Notes: generated by a model not told the origin, from the sequence alone. A stretch of 64,000 bases of DNA from an uncultured Bacilli bacterium (GCA_947632435.1 CANRPC010000010.1:643-64642), one strand, 5' to 3'; counted from the stretch's first letter, positions 30,182-40,925 are shown. Program-made: numbers and translations.

Positions 30182-33130
30182 ATGAATATGAAAAAGAAAT
30201 ATGGTTTATTCATATGTGGTTCACTCCTTTTAACATTAGGATCATATCTTACTTATAATTCTATAAAAAAACCAAATGAATTTTTTGAAAAAGGTCAATC
30301 AGGATTTCAAGAAAATGGACCTAAATTAATTCTTGGTAATGGTGAAGATTTAGGAGAAAGTGAAAATGTTTCTCCAACAATAAAAGTTCAAGTTAGTGAT
30401 GTTAATGAAAGTAATCAACGTTCAATACGTTTTATCGCGGCAATATCAACATTAAATGTAAATGCTTCTTTTAAAAGAACAATGTATGATAAAACTACAT
30501 CCTCTGTTACTAAAGAAGAAGAAACATTTAAAGTTACAACAGCTTATTCTTATCTTCAAGATGGAGAAGAAATTCTATATCCAAATGAATATGGTGAACA
30601 ATATCATTATTTTATAACATATACGATGAACAATATTCCAGAAGAAAATTGGTTAGATGTTTTAAATGTAACAGTCAAAGTCGATTCTCTTTCTAAAAAT
30701 ATTAAAGCAAATGTTGCAGGTAGTTTAATTTCAAATCTTAGTTTGAACCAAAATTTAACTTATGAAGCACTTAGTGATGGAACTTATGAAGTAAAACCAG
30801 CTAGTACAAGTATTACTTCAGCACATATTTCAAGTTATTATGGAGAAATGCAAGAACCAAATGTTGCAAGTTCTTTTGGTAAAGTAAGTTCAATTGCAAG
30901 TCGTGCTTTTGATGGCTGTAGTTCATTAGTTGATTTAGTTATACCTGATACACTTGAAAAATTTGGAAATCAAGCTTTTAGAAATTGCTCTAGCCTTGTA
31001 GAATTAACATTACCTACATCATTGAAAAATGGTGGCGATGATTTGTGTTATTATGGATTAACATCTTTAAAAACAATTTATTATAACGCCGCGGAAATGA
31101 CTGGTAGTTTTACTGATGGTATTGAAGCAGAAATTGATGATATTTATTTTTCTAAGAGTGTTAAAAAAATTCCAAGTGGATTTTTCCGTGATAATTTTAA
31201 AGTTAAAAACATGCATTATGAAGGTAGTAAAGAGGAATGGGCTGATGTAGATAAAGGCTCAACAAATTATTGCTTTGATGATGGTATTGTTATTTGTCAA
31301 GATACTTTGGAAGTCACTATTAATTTCCATTTTGAAGGATATTCTTTAACTGTAGATGAAACTCAATATGAAGATTTATATACTTTAAAAGCATACGAAG
31401 GTGAAAAAATTAATATTCCTCAGTTAGATAATACTTTAGATAAGTTTTTTTCTGGTTGGTATAGTACAGAAACATTTGATGAAGATAGTAAATTAACTAG
31501 TAAACAACTTACTTTAGATGGATCAAGCCAAGAACTAAATTACTATGCTAAATTTGAGGAAATGAATACTAATGGTCTAACAGTTGAAAGTGCACTAAGT
31601 TTAACGCCTGGAATGACAAGTGAAGTTATTCATTTAACAAATGAATCTCCATGTGCATACTTTATTTATACACCTCAAGAAACTGATTATTATTACTTTA
31701 AAGATATTTATAAAGAGTCAACATTTGATAGTAAAGTTTTTTTACAAGATGTTACTGATTATATGAGTGAAGGTAAAATTACTACTAGTCAATATAATGC
31801 AATTTCTTCTGATGTTAAAGATAAAATTTATAATGATGATGGTAATGGTAATAGCAAATGTGGATTAGGTTATTTATTAGAAAAAGATCATACTTATATT
31901 TATAGAATACAAAAATATAATTTATCTGGTAATATTGAAGGTGATGTAAAAGTAAATTTCTTTACTCAAGATGGTGATAGAGAAGAAGAAGCTGAAGTCA
32001 TTAATTATTTAGAGGAAAAAGATTCCGCGATTCATGCTCCAGGAACTTCTAGATATTATTCATTTACACCTAGTGAAAATAAAGTTGCACGTGTTGAAGT
32101 AACTTCAACTTTAGCTATATCTAGTTGCAAAATTAGTATTTCCAAAGATGGTTCAGAAATAAAGAGTATAACATATTCATCTACATCATCTCATATTGAT
32201 ATGGAATTTGAAGCAAATCAAACTTATCTTATTTCTGTTGCTAATACAAGTTCATTTAGTGTTGGGGCTATTACTACAGATGGTAAAGGTGAATTTAAAA
32301 TATCAATTGGTGAAGTTCCAGCTGGTGAAACTCCAGAAAATGGAATACCATTTTATGATGATGAAGAACATTTAGGACAAGACATTCAAGTTGATTGGGC
32401 AAAAGGTTCAACAATACAATATTACACGTCTAGTTATGGTAATGATAAAGTAACTTTCTCAGATGTATATTATTCATTTAAACCAACAAAAAATGTAAGT
32501 TATAGATTTGAAACAACAGGTATTTCAACTAGTAGTAGTAAATTTATGGTACAAATTACTCAAGGTGTTTCAACTATTGCCTCTACAGGTTCACTTTATA
32601 AAAGAAGTTCTTCATATGGTTCTTCATCTAATGATTATTATATAAGTCCTGCGTATAACGATATTTCAAAAATTATAAATTTTGAAGCTGATAAAGAATA
32701 TGTTATTCGTTTCTTAGGTCAAGTTAATGGTTCTGTTTGTACTCAAAATGTAACATTTAAATTTACGGAATTAGAATCTACATCTTCTTTAGAATCACCT
32801 CATGAATTAATAGGTGATGGATATAAAACAACATCTACTTCTGAAATTGTAAATTTCCAAGAAACTGGAATAAATGGATATGGCGTTACAGAATATTTCA
32901 AAATTACAATAGCAAATTTAGATTGTAATTATATTGACTTAAGAAGTGATGCTGATATTGAAATTTATTCTTTAGAAACTTCTTCTCCTGTTAGTATTTT
33001 TAGTGGCAGAACTTCAAATGGTACTTTGACTGGTGATTTTAAATTGGAAGTTGGTAAAACTTATATTATCGCTATTAAAAATTATTCAGCAGATGAAGGA
33101 ATTCGTATTCGCTTTAAAAATAGCCAATAA
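30182..33130 (+). CDS. N-terminally anchored mosaic surface protein (BspA-type LRR, InlB B-repeat, repeated beta-sandwiches)
   Basis: IASRAFDGCSSL..IPDTL...AFRNCSSL LRR_5 units; FSGWY...YYAKF B-repeat; repeated Y(F/Y).(Y/F)(T/K)P modules. Confidence 0.72.
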   Translation: MNMKKKYGLFICGSLLLTLGSYLTYNSIKKPNEFFEKGQSGFQENGPKLILGNGEDLGESENVSPTIKVQVSDVNESNQRSIRFIAAISTLNVNASFKRTMYDKTTSSVTKEEETFKVTTAYSYLQDGEEILYPNEYGEQYHYFITYTMNNIPEENWLDVLNVTVKVDSLSKNIKANVAGSLISNLSLNQNLTYEALSDGTYEVKPASTSITSAHISSYYGEMQEPNVASSFGKVSSIASRAFDGCSSLVDLVIPDTLEKFGNQAFRNCSSLVELTLPTSLKNGGDDLCYYGLTSLKTIYYNAAEMTGSFTDGIEAEIDDIYFSKSVKKIPSGFFRDNFKVKNMHYEGSKEEWADVDKGSTNYCFDDGIVICQDTLEVTINFHFEGYSLTVDETQYEDLYTLKAYEGEKINIPQLDNTLDKFFSGWYSTETFDEDSKLTSKQLTLDGSSQELNYYAKFEEMNTNGLTVESALSLTPGMTSEVIHLTNESPCAYFIYTPQETDYYYFKDIYKESTFDSKVFLQDVTDYMSEGKITTSQYNAISSDVKDKIYNDDGNGNSKCGLGYLLEKDHTYIYRIQKYNLSGNIEGDVKVNFFTQDGDREEEAEVINYLEEKDSAIHAPGTSRYYSFTPSENKVARVEVTSTLAISSCKISISKDGSEIKSITYSSTSSHIDMEFEANQTYLISVANTSSFSVGAITTDGKGEFKISIGEVPAGETPENGIPFYDDEEHLGQDIQVDWAKGSTIQYYTSSYGNDKVTFSDVYYSFKPTKNVSYRFETTGISTSSSKFMVQITQGVSTIASTGSLYKRSSSYGSSSNDYYISPAYNDISKIINFEADKEYVIRFLGQVNGSVCTQNVTFKFTELESTSSLESPHELIGDGYKTTSTSEIVNFQETGINGYGVTEYFKITIANLDCNYIDLRSDADIEIYSLETSSPVSIFSGRTSNGTLTGDFKLEVGKTYIIAIKNYSADEGIRIRFKNSQ

Positions 33131-33145
33131 TTAAAAAATATTAAT

Positions 33146-33186
33146 AAAAAAATCCTGCTTTAATTTAATATGGCAGGATTTTTTTT
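33146..33186. terminator. Bidirectional intrinsic terminator
   Basis: AAAAAAATCCTGC...GCAGGATTTTTTT between convergent genes. Confidence 0.8.
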
Positions 33187-33199
33187 AAATTAAATTTTA

Positions 33200-33715
33200 T
33201 TATTTTCTTTTAAATTTATCTTTTAAATTATTTTTTAATATCGTTCTTGCTTCTTCTAAAGAGCCATGAGTTATTGATGATTTATTAATAATATGATATT
33301 GCATTTTTGATATATATAAATAAAAATAATTATTGTCTTCGATTACTCCATATAAATCAGTATATTTTGCTTTAACAATGGTTTGAAAAAGATTACCTTT
33401 TGCTTGAGTAATTGTTAAATATTCATCATCTAAGGTATATATTTCTATAGCCTCATATATCGCATTTTTATAATTCTTTTTATAAAAATAATTACAAACT
33501 AAAAAACAAAGTGGTGCAAATAACACTGCTAATACAATTAATATAATTCCTGAAATGATATCTTGATCAAAGGTTTTATTTAAAATGCTATTGAAACCTA
33601 AAATTAAAAATGTTAGAGAAAAAATAATAATTATTACTCCTGATAAAATTCTTAAGGGAAATTTAGCAAATACATAGTTTTTATTATTATTTAATTTTGC
33701 TTTAAATTCAACCAT
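33200..33715 (-). CDS. YcxB-like membrane protein
   Basis: Two TM helices, then a domain with EDNNYFYLY...IINK pattern. Confidence 0.65.
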   Translation of the reverse strand: MVEFKAKLNNNKNYVFAKFPLRILSGVIIIIFSLTFLILGFNSILNKTFDQDIISGIILIVLAVLFAPLCFLVCNYFYKKNYKNAIYEAIEIYTLDDEYLTITQAKGNLFQTIVKAKYTDLYGVIEDNNYFYLYISKMQYHIINKSSITHGSLEEARTILKNNLKDKFKRK

Positions 33716-33836
33716 AATATATCTCCTTAAAATATAAATATTTTTGACAAAATTATTTTAACATAAAATAAATAATAATTAATAAAAAAAGAGAAACTTA
33801 CTTAATATTAGTTTATTTCTCTTTTCACGTAATTAT

Positions 33837-34295
33837 TTATTTTTTATTAAAATTCCCTTTATATAAATAATATTTATTTCCTGCTTTTATAACATCTACT
33901 TCTTCTAAATCATTTTTTAAATAAATTTTCATGCCATCTTTAATATAAGCTTGATTATCAAAATTAATACAAATTTTAATTTCCTCTAATTTATAAATAT
34001 AATAAGGAGTTTTATTTTTATCTAGTACTACACTATATAAATCTAAATTATGTTTACCATAAATTACTAGTACTAAATTATTCATTTCTCCATATACAGT
34101 TTGAGAAAGTAAAGCATCTTTTTTATAGATAACAAATTCATCATGATTTTTTTTGTAAATGTTTTCAATTTTAATATCCATTAGGGATTCATTTAAATTC
34201 TTTTTTGTTTTTTTCCAAAATTTTTGAATTGCGTTGTCTTTTTTTTGACCTTTTTGATCAACTATTTCAACATCAACAACTTCTTTTTCTTGCAT
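33837..34295 (-). CDS. Hypothetical protein
   Basis: 152-aa ORF with SD GAGG; no recognisable motif. Confidence 0.6.
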   Translation of the reverse strand: MQEKEVVDVEIVDQKGQKKDNAIQKFWKKTKKNLNESLMDIKIENIYKKNHDEFVIYKKDALLSQTVYGEMNNLVLVIYGKHNLDLYSVVLDKNKTPYYIYKLEEIKICINFDNQAYIKDGMKIYLKNDLEEVDVIKAGNKYYLYKGNFNKK

Positions 34296-34333
34296 AATAA
34301 AACCTCATTTATTTATATGTAAGAAAATATAAA

Positions 34334-36064
34334 CTATGCTTCAATTGCTCCAATATCGACATTATTTTTAACTCTTTGATTTAAATTAAAATCATAATTT
34401 CCTAATGAAGAATCACTTTCACCTTTGTTAATTACATATGGTGAATCACTTATAAAATTATTATCAACAGTAAATTCTTGATAAATCATTTGACAATTAA
34501 ATAGTGAATTAAAAGCATTAACACCTATTTGTTCCTTATTAAACATTGCAAAATTAACATCGCTTTCATTTACATTTAATTGATAAATTAAATTATTTGT
34601 AAATTTTAAATTCTTAGTATAATTTTCATTAAAATCTGTAGCAATAAATGAACCACTTGTTTTTTTAAGAATTAAATTATTTTTTAATTCAATATTATCT
34701 ACTTTAGCAAAAATTACTTCTGCATATTTAGTTTCTAATGAATTATCAATAAAAGTGTTATTTAAAATTAAAGTATCTTTTACTACACCCGTTGCATTTT
34801 CTTCATATCCGCCTATTCTTAAAGCAGTTACTCGATTATCATGGCATAAATTGCTTCTAACAATAATATTTTTTACAGGGTAATTATCTTGTCTTTCTTC
34901 ACTTCCGATTTCAATTCCATATTGACAATCAACAACTTCATTATATTGTAAAAGGATATCTCTTGCTCCATCTACATATAAACCTGCACAATCTGCATAA
35001 CTACAATCACTGTGATAAATATAATTTTTTGCGGCTAAGCAATAACGAGGTTGATCTAATTCTTTTGTTGAACAATAACCAGCATTTCCGTAAAAATCAA
35101 TTCCAATGTTTGTGTTATTTTCTACACGATTTTCTAAAACATAAATATATTCACAATTTCCACTTACTGAGATATTTTCTGACCAACCATTAATGTTGTC
35201 ATGGCAATAATTATTGATTAAAGCAACATTATTTATCGCTTTTGATTGCTCACCAAAAAGCAAAATTGCATTTGCTCCAGCATTTGTATCTTTTTCAGGA
35301 TTAGTTGAAGTTGTTTCAATATGATGAACTTCACAATTTCTAATAATTATATGATTTTGATTGTTGCCCCAAAAAGCAATACCACAGGCACTATTTCCTT
35401 TAATATCTTTAATTTCGATATTTTCTAAAATGAAATAGCAAGAATTTCCATCAACTTGAAATCCGTATGATTCTTTACCTCTTGAAGAATTTGTAATTAT
35501 TACTTTTTCATCTTTATAAGGACGAATTGAAACATAAGCATCTTCTCTTCCTTGACAATTGATAAAATATCCATCGCCATTTTTGCGATCATAAGTTCCA
35601 CCTTTTAAATATAAAGTCATTCCTGGTTTTAAATTATCAAATGCTTCTTGTAATTCATAAGGAGAATTAAAAGAACCATCACCATTTCCATCAGGTGAAG
35701 CATAAATAACATTATTTGTTACTTCTTTTGAACTATCATATTCACCTAATGTTTTGACTTTATTTACAAAATTAGTATCTTGTATTGTTGCTCCATCAAA
35801 ATAAGCATTCATTTTTGTTTCATAAGGTGTATTAATTCCTTCAAAAGAAGATTGAAAACTACTAGAAGAAGAATTTTCACTTGAACTTGTTTGATTTAAG
35901 GTTGAAGTTTCATTTGTAGTTTGGCTATTAATACTTTCTTGTTGTTCACTTGTAGAATATGATGTTTCTTGCGATTCTTTATCTTTTAAAGAAGAAGAAG
36001 CATTTTGTGAACAAGAAAATAAGACACATAATAATGCTAAAGATGTTAATTTTAATTTTTTCAT
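34334..36064 (-). CDS. Lipoprotein with right-handed parallel beta-helix (pectate-lyase-like fold)
   Basis: LFSC lipobox, Ser/Thr tether, YASPDG.GDGS..SP, LKGGTY, Asn-ladder repeats, C-terminal DIGAIE. Start ATG 36064. Confidence 0.8.
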   Translation of the reverse strand: MKKLKLTSLALLCVLFSCSQNASSSLKDKESQETSYSTSEQQESINSQTTNETSTLNQTSSSENSSSSSFQSSFEGINTPYETKMNAYFDGATIQDTNFVNKVKTLGEYDSSKEVTNNVIYASPDGNGDGSFNSPYELQEAFDNLKPGMTLYLKGGTYDRKNGDGYFINCQGREDAYVSIRPYKDEKVIITNSSRGKESYGFQVDGNSCYFILENIEIKDIKGNSACGIAFWGNNQNHIIIRNCEVHHIETTSTNPEKDTNAGANAILLFGEQSKAINNVALINNYCHDNINGWSENISVSGNCEYIYVLENRVENNTNIGIDFYGNAGYCSTKELDQPRYCLAAKNYIYHSDCSYADCAGLYVDGARDILLQYNEVVDCQYGIEIGSEERQDNYPVKNIIVRSNLCHDNRVTALRIGGYEENATGVVKDTLILNNTFIDNSLETKYAEVIFAKVDNIELKNNLILKKTSGSFIATDFNENYTKNLKFTNNLIYQLNVNESDVNFAMFNKEQIGVNAFNSLFNCQMIYQEFTVDNNFISDSPYVINKGESDSSLGNYDFNLNQRVKNNVDIGAIEA

Positions 36065-36174
36065 AATAATAATCTCCAATAAACAAATCTATAGTAACAA
36101 ATTTGTTTGTTTTTATATATGTATATTAGCATAAATAAGATTTAAAAATCATATGTATTAATGAGGAAATAGAA

Positions 36175-36753
36175 ATGAATACGTATGAAGAAATAAAAAA
36201 TAAAATTGAAGGCAAGAAAAAAACACATAAGATCTTAAGAATTATAGAGGTATTTTTTATTATTCTTATCTTTGTTTTATCTTTTATGATTTATGCTGAT
36301 AAAGATGAAGATGGAAAATTTTTTAAAAAATATTTTAACATTGATATTTCTTTTAAAGATTTTAATGATAAAGTTGGTTTATTTATGTCTAATATGTTAG
36401 CCAATTTTAATATTTTTATTAAAGATGAACCTTCAATAAAAGAAGTTGATGCATCGATATATTATCAAAAATTAGGGAATAATTATTTTGCATATGAAAG
36501 TCAAGAAATCCCTATGCTTTTTTATGGTAAAATTCTTTCAGTTGAAGAATCTTTAAATTCCTATAATGTGAATGTCTATTATAAAAACGGAATTAATGCT
36601 TGTTATTATGAAGTTATAAATTCCCATGTAAAAAAAGGTGATTTATTAAATAAAGGTGATTCTTTAGGAACATATGAAGAAAAATTTAAAGCAATATTTG
36701 CTAAAGATAATAAAATTATAAGTTATGAGGAAGTTTTACTTGCCAAAGATTAG
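36175..36753 (+). CDS. Single-pass membrane protein with degenerate M23/LytM-like domain (SpoIVFA-like)
   Basis: One TM; C-terminal G....Y......VKKGDLLNKGDSLG pattern without Zn ligands; overlaps an M50 protease gene. Confidence 0.55.
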   Translation: MNTYEEIKNKIEGKKKTHKILRIIEVFFIILIFVLSFMIYADKDEDGKFFKKYFNIDISFKDFNDKVGLFMSNMLANFNIFIKDEPSIKEVDASIYYQKLGNNYFAYESQEIPMLFYGKILSVEESLNSYNVNVYYKNGINACYYEVINSHVKKGDLLNKGDSLGTYEEKFKAIFAKDNKIISYEEVLLAKD

Positions 36754-37504
36754 AGTTTTATTTTCAAGTGTAGTTTTTATTGCATTAGGATTATTTTTTA
36801 ATGCATTTAATTATATTTTTATTTTTTATCTTTTAGCTTTAATTCATGAATTATGTCATATATTATTTGCCCTTATTTTCCATGTTAAAGTTAACGAAAT
36901 ATCATTTCATGCTTTAGGTTTTTCAGCAGAGTTAAAAGATGTTGAATTTTTACCATTAGCAAAACAATTAATTATTTTCTTAGCAGGTCCTTTATCCTTT
37001 ATTCCTTCATATTTAATTATTAATTATTTATACAAAATTGATTTTTTGTCTATATATAGTTATAAGGTTGCTTTAAATGATAATATTTCTCTTTTAATTT
37101 TTAATCTATTACCATTTTACCCTCTTGATGGAGGAAGAATTTTTGAAGCAGTTTTATTAAAATTTTTAGATGCCTTTAAAACTAAAGTAATTCGTAGTAT
37201 TGTTTCATGTATTGTATCAGTATTTTTACTTATTTCTTGTTTAAAAGAATATCAATATTTATTATTCTTTTTCATATTATTTAATGCTTTAACAAGCATA
37301 TTTTTCTTCAAAAAAGAATATCATAATTATTTATTAAATCGTGTTGGGAAAATTTCAAATTACCCTATTAGAAATACTAATTATCCTAAAATTTATCATT
37401 TTTATTACAATTATTATCAATTTAAAGATAAAATCATTTCTGAAGAAGATTATTTAATTGTTAGTGAAATAGATCTTATGCGAAAAAAAATTAAAAAAAG
37501 TTAA
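36725..37504 (+). CDS. M50 site-2 intramembrane metalloprotease (SpoIVFB-like)
   Basis: HELCH (HExxH), LAGP, FNLLPFYPLDGGR. Confidence 0.85.
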   Translation: MRKFYLPKIRVLFSSVVFIALGLFFNAFNYIFIFYLLALIHELCHILFALIFHVKVNEISFHALGFSAELKDVEFLPLAKQLIIFLAGPLSFIPSYLIINYLYKIDFLSIYSYKVALNDNISLLIFNLLPFYPLDGGRIFEAVLLKFLDAFKTKVIRSIVSCIVSVFLLISCLKEYQYLLFFFILFNALTSIFFFKKEYHNYLLNRVGKISNYPIRNTNYPKIYHFYYNYYQFKDKIISEEDYLIVSEIDLMRKKIKKS

Positions 37505-37560
37505 TAATCTTTTAATGAATGTTAATTTGTGGTATTTTTTATAAATGTAGGAGCAAAATA

Positions 37561-39375
37561 ATGAAAAAATATCAGCAAAAAAACATTCGAAATTTTTCTA
37601 TTATTGCCCATATAGATCATGGTAAATCGACACTTGCAGATCGCATTTTAGAACTTACTGGAGCAATTTCTAAACGTGAAATGAAAGAGCAAATACTAGA
37701 TAGTATGGATTTAGAAAGAGAAAGAGGTATTACTATTAAATTAAATGCTGTTTCTTTATCTTACCATGCTAAAGATGGACAAGAATATTTATTTAATTTA
37801 ATTGACACTCCAGGACATGTTGATTTTACATATGAAGTATCGCGTTCTTTAGCTGCTTGTGAAGGGGCAATACTTGTTGTGGATGCTACTCAAGGAGTAG
37901 AGGCTCAAACACTTGCCAATGTCTATTTAGCTTTTGATAATGATTTAGAGATAATTCCCGTGATAAATAAGGTTGATTTACCAAGTGCTGATATAGAAAG
38001 AACAAAAAAAGAAATTGAAGAAACAATCGGACTAGATTGCTCTAATGTTATAAATGTGTCGGCAAAAACTGGATTAAATGTTGAAGAAATCTTAGAAGCT
38101 ATAGTAAAAAAGATTCCTGCTCCTAAAGGAAAAAATGAAAATCCTTTAAAAGCTTTAATTTTTGATTCATTTTATGATTCATATCGTGGAGTTGTTGCCC
38201 AAATATCAATTAAAGAAGGTTGTTTAAAAGTTGGTGAACATATTATATTTATGTCCAATGGTCTAGAATTTGAAGTAACAGAACTTGGAATACGTACACC
38301 AAAAGAAGAAAAAGTTGATATTCTTAATGCTGGTGAAGTTGGATATGTTGCGGCTCAAATAAAAGCGATTGAAGATGTTCGTCCAGGGGATACAATTACT
38401 AAAAAAGAAAATAAAGCTGATGTTCCTCTTCCTGGATATCGAAAAATGAATCCTATGGTCTACTGCGGACTTTATCCTTGTGATTCGAAAAAATATTTAG
38501 ATTTAAAAGATGCTCTTGAAAAATTGTCTTTAAATGATGCTTCATTGACTTATGAACCTGAAACTTCACAAGCTCTTGGCTTTGGGTTTCGTGTTGGTTT
38601 TTTAGGCTTATTACATATGGATGTTATTCAAGAAAGACTTGAAAGAGAATATAATATCGATTTAATTTTGACCGCGCCTAGTGTTATTTATAAAATTTAT
38701 TTGACCGATGGCTCTATTATAGAACTTGATAATCCATCTAATATGCCTGATGTAACAAAAATTCAAGAAATTCAAGAACCATATGTTAGAGCAAGTATAA
38801 TGACTCCTAAAGAATATTTAGGTTCATTAATGAATCTATGTCAAGATAGAAGAGGAATTTATATTGATTTACAATATATTGATGATTCAAGAATGACAGT
38901 TATTTATGATTTACCACTTTCTGAAGTTATTTATAATTTTTTTGATAAATTAAAATCTTATTCTAAAGGATACGCTTCTTTAGATTATGAATTAAATGAT
39001 TATCGACCTTCCAAACTTGTAAAAATGGATATACTTTTAAATGGTAATCCTATTGATGCATTATCAAGCATAGTTTATAAAGATTTTGCTTATAGTCGAG
39101 GCAGTGTTATTGTAAAAAAATTAAAAGATATTATTCCTCGTCAACAATTTGAAATCCCTGTTCAAGCTGCGATAAATAATAAAATAATTGCACGTAGTGA
39201 CATAAAAGCAGTAAGAAAAGATGTTTTAGCAAAATGTTATGGTGGGGATATTTCACGTAAGAAAAAACTTTTAGAAAAACAAAAAGAAGGAAAAAAACGT
39301 ATGAAATCTATTGGAACTGTAGAAGTTCCTCAAGATGCATTTATGGCAATTCTTTCCGTTGATGAAGATGAATAA
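37561..39375 (+). CDS. lepA: Elongation factor 4
   Basis: [41 protein letters not shown]. Start ATG 37561 after GGAG. Confidence 0.98.
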   Translation: MKKYQQKNIRNFSIIAHIDHGKSTLADRILELTGAISKREMKEQILDSMDLERERGITIKLNAVSLSYHAKDGQEYLFNLIDTPGHVDFTYEVSRSLAACEGAILVVDATQGVEAQTLANVYLAFDNDLEIIPVINKVDLPSADIERTKKEIEETIGLDCSNVINVSAKTGLNVEEILEAIVKKIPAPKGKNENPLKALIFDSFYDSYRGVVAQISIKEGCLKVGEHIIFMSNGLEFEVTELGIRTPKEEKVDILNAGEVGYVAAQIKAIEDVRPGDTITKKENKADVPLPGYRKMNPMVYCGLYPCDSKKYLDLKDALEKLSLNDASLTYEPETSQALGFGFRVGFLGLLHMDVIQERLEREYNIDLILTAPSVIYKIYLTDGSIIELDNPSNMPDVTKIQEIQEPYVRASIMTPKEYLGSLMNLCQDRRGIYIDLQYIDDSRMTVIYDLPLSEVIYNFFDKLKSYSKGYASLDYELNDYRPSKLVKMDILLNGNPIDALSSIVYKDFAYSRGSVIVKKLKDIIPRQQFEIPVQAAINNKIIARSDIKAVRKDVLAKCYGGDISRKKKLLEKQKEGKKRMKSIGTVEVPQDAFMAILSVDEDE

Positions 39376-39402
39376 AAAATAGCATTTTTGCTATTTTTTT
39401 TT
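39374..39402 (+). terminator. Terminator after lepA
   Basis: AAAAAATAGC-ATTTTT-GCTATTTTTT. Confidence 0.65.
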
Positions 39403-39440
39403 CTAAATTTTCTTAAATTTAAAATATTTGTCATATTTTG

Positions 39441-39503
39441 TTAGTAAAAAATTAGTAATTATTTAGTTAGCAACTAGACAAAAAAATGTAACTAAATTAA
39501 AAT
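39441..39503 (+). promoter_or_regulatory. Sigma-A promoter preceded by phased TTAGTWA repeats
   Basis: TAGACA (39475)-17 nt-TAAAAT (39498); TTAGTWA at 39441, 39452, 39463. Confidence 0.55.
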
Positions 39504-39521
39504 ATTTTTTGAGGTGGAAAA

Positions 39522-40907
39522 ATGGAAAGAGACTTTGCTTATCGCTTTACTAATGAAGTATATGCGACTAAAGAAGTTGTAAAAAAAACATTGAATATTA
39601 ATTCAATAGATCATATTTGGGATACTATCCTAGCGTATCGTAAACTTTACAATAAAGTTTTAGATTTATTTTCTAATGATAAAAAACCATTTACTGTTTG
39701 TCTTTGTGAAGGTATATTAAAACGTTATATTGATCTAGAGAAAAAAATTATGGATATAACAGTTTTAAATGCTCAATATCAAAATAATCAAATTTTAAAT
39801 AGTAAAACAATTTTACGCATTATTACCCAAATTTACGACTTTAAAGATGTAAGTGATACCATTATAAATGGAATTGTTGAAAATACAATTGCTCAAATTC
39901 CATATCATTACCAAATTTTTAATAAATATTATTCTTGTTTAAAAGATATTGAAATTTGTTATGCCTCTTTATTAAACGAGAATACGATTAAAAGATTATT
40001 CTCTATATTGATGCATGGTGAGATTAATAAAATCGATGAAATAAATAAATTATATAGAGTTACAGAATTAGAATCAAATTTTGATCCGTATGAAAATTTT
40101 CGCCATTATGAAGGTTCACCAACAAAAAATATTCCATATCTTATGGAAATTTTATTTGATGATATTAATGAGAATAAACTTGTATCCTTAATTGAAGGAG
40201 GGGTTTTGTTATTTTATATTTTATATTTTAAACCTTTTGAAATATATAATGAAGAAATGGCAATATTATTAACTAAGTACTATTTAAAAAATCATAATGA
40301 GAATCTTGTTTATTTACCTCTTGAAGAATTGATATTAGATTTAAATTCTGATGAGATGAAAAAAGTTTTTTTAGAATGTGAAAAAAGTTTAGACTTAACT
40401 TATTTTATCGATATGTTTTTTACAAAACTTGATAAATTTTTACAAGAACAACAAAAAAATCTTAAGCATCAACAAGAACTAGAAATGCAAAATGAAATTC
40501 TTGTAGAAGATGATATAAATAATCTTGATAATACTTCACAAACATTTTTAGATGATAACAACCTAGTTAATCAAGATACAAAAGTTGAAATGTCAAGATT
40601 TGAAGGTGTGACTTTTGAAAGAAAAGTATCTATGCCTATTATTCCTAAAGGACTTGATGAAAAAGATGCATCTTTAGTGGCTGAAAACCTTATTGAAATT
40701 TGTCCTACTTTAAAAAAAGGACAAGCTGAATTTTATGCACGTCATTGTACAATTGGCAAATATTACACTATTCAGCAATATAAAATAGCAAATAAAGTTG
40801 CTTATGAAACCGCGCGTACATCTATGGATAATCTTGCGGATTTAGGCTTTTATAAAAAAGAAAAAATCCGTAATAAATTTGTTTACACGCCTATTATTAG
40901 ATCTTAA
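39522..40907 (+). CDS. Fic-fold protein with degenerate active site and C-terminal winged HTH
   Basis: YR flap, then LYFKPFEIYNEEMA where HPFxDGNGR is expected; C-terminal YTIQQY...YETARTSMDNLADLGF HTH. Confidence 0.7.
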   Translation: MERDFAYRFTNEVYATKEVVKKTLNINSIDHIWDTILAYRKLYNKVLDLFSNDKKPFTVCLCEGILKRYIDLEKKIMDITVLNAQYQNNQILNSKTILRIITQIYDFKDVSDTIINGIVENTIAQIPYHYQIFNKYYSCLKDIEICYASLLNENTIKRLFSILMHGEINKIDEINKLYRVTELESNFDPYENFRHYEGSPTKNIPYLMEILFDDINENKLVSLIEGGVLLFYILYFKPFEIYNEEMAILLTKYYLKNHNENLVYLPLEELILDLNSDEMKKVFLECEKSLDLTYFIDMFFTKLDKFLQEQQKNLKHQQELEMQNEILVEDDINNLDNTSQTFLDDNNLVNQDTKVEMSRFEGVTFERKVSMPIIPKGLDEKDASLVAENLIEICPTLKKGQAEFYARHCTIGKYYTIQQYKIANKVAYETARTSMDNLADLGFYKKEKIRNKFVYTPIIRS

Positions 40908-40925
40908 ACTTTAATGTGATGGAGG

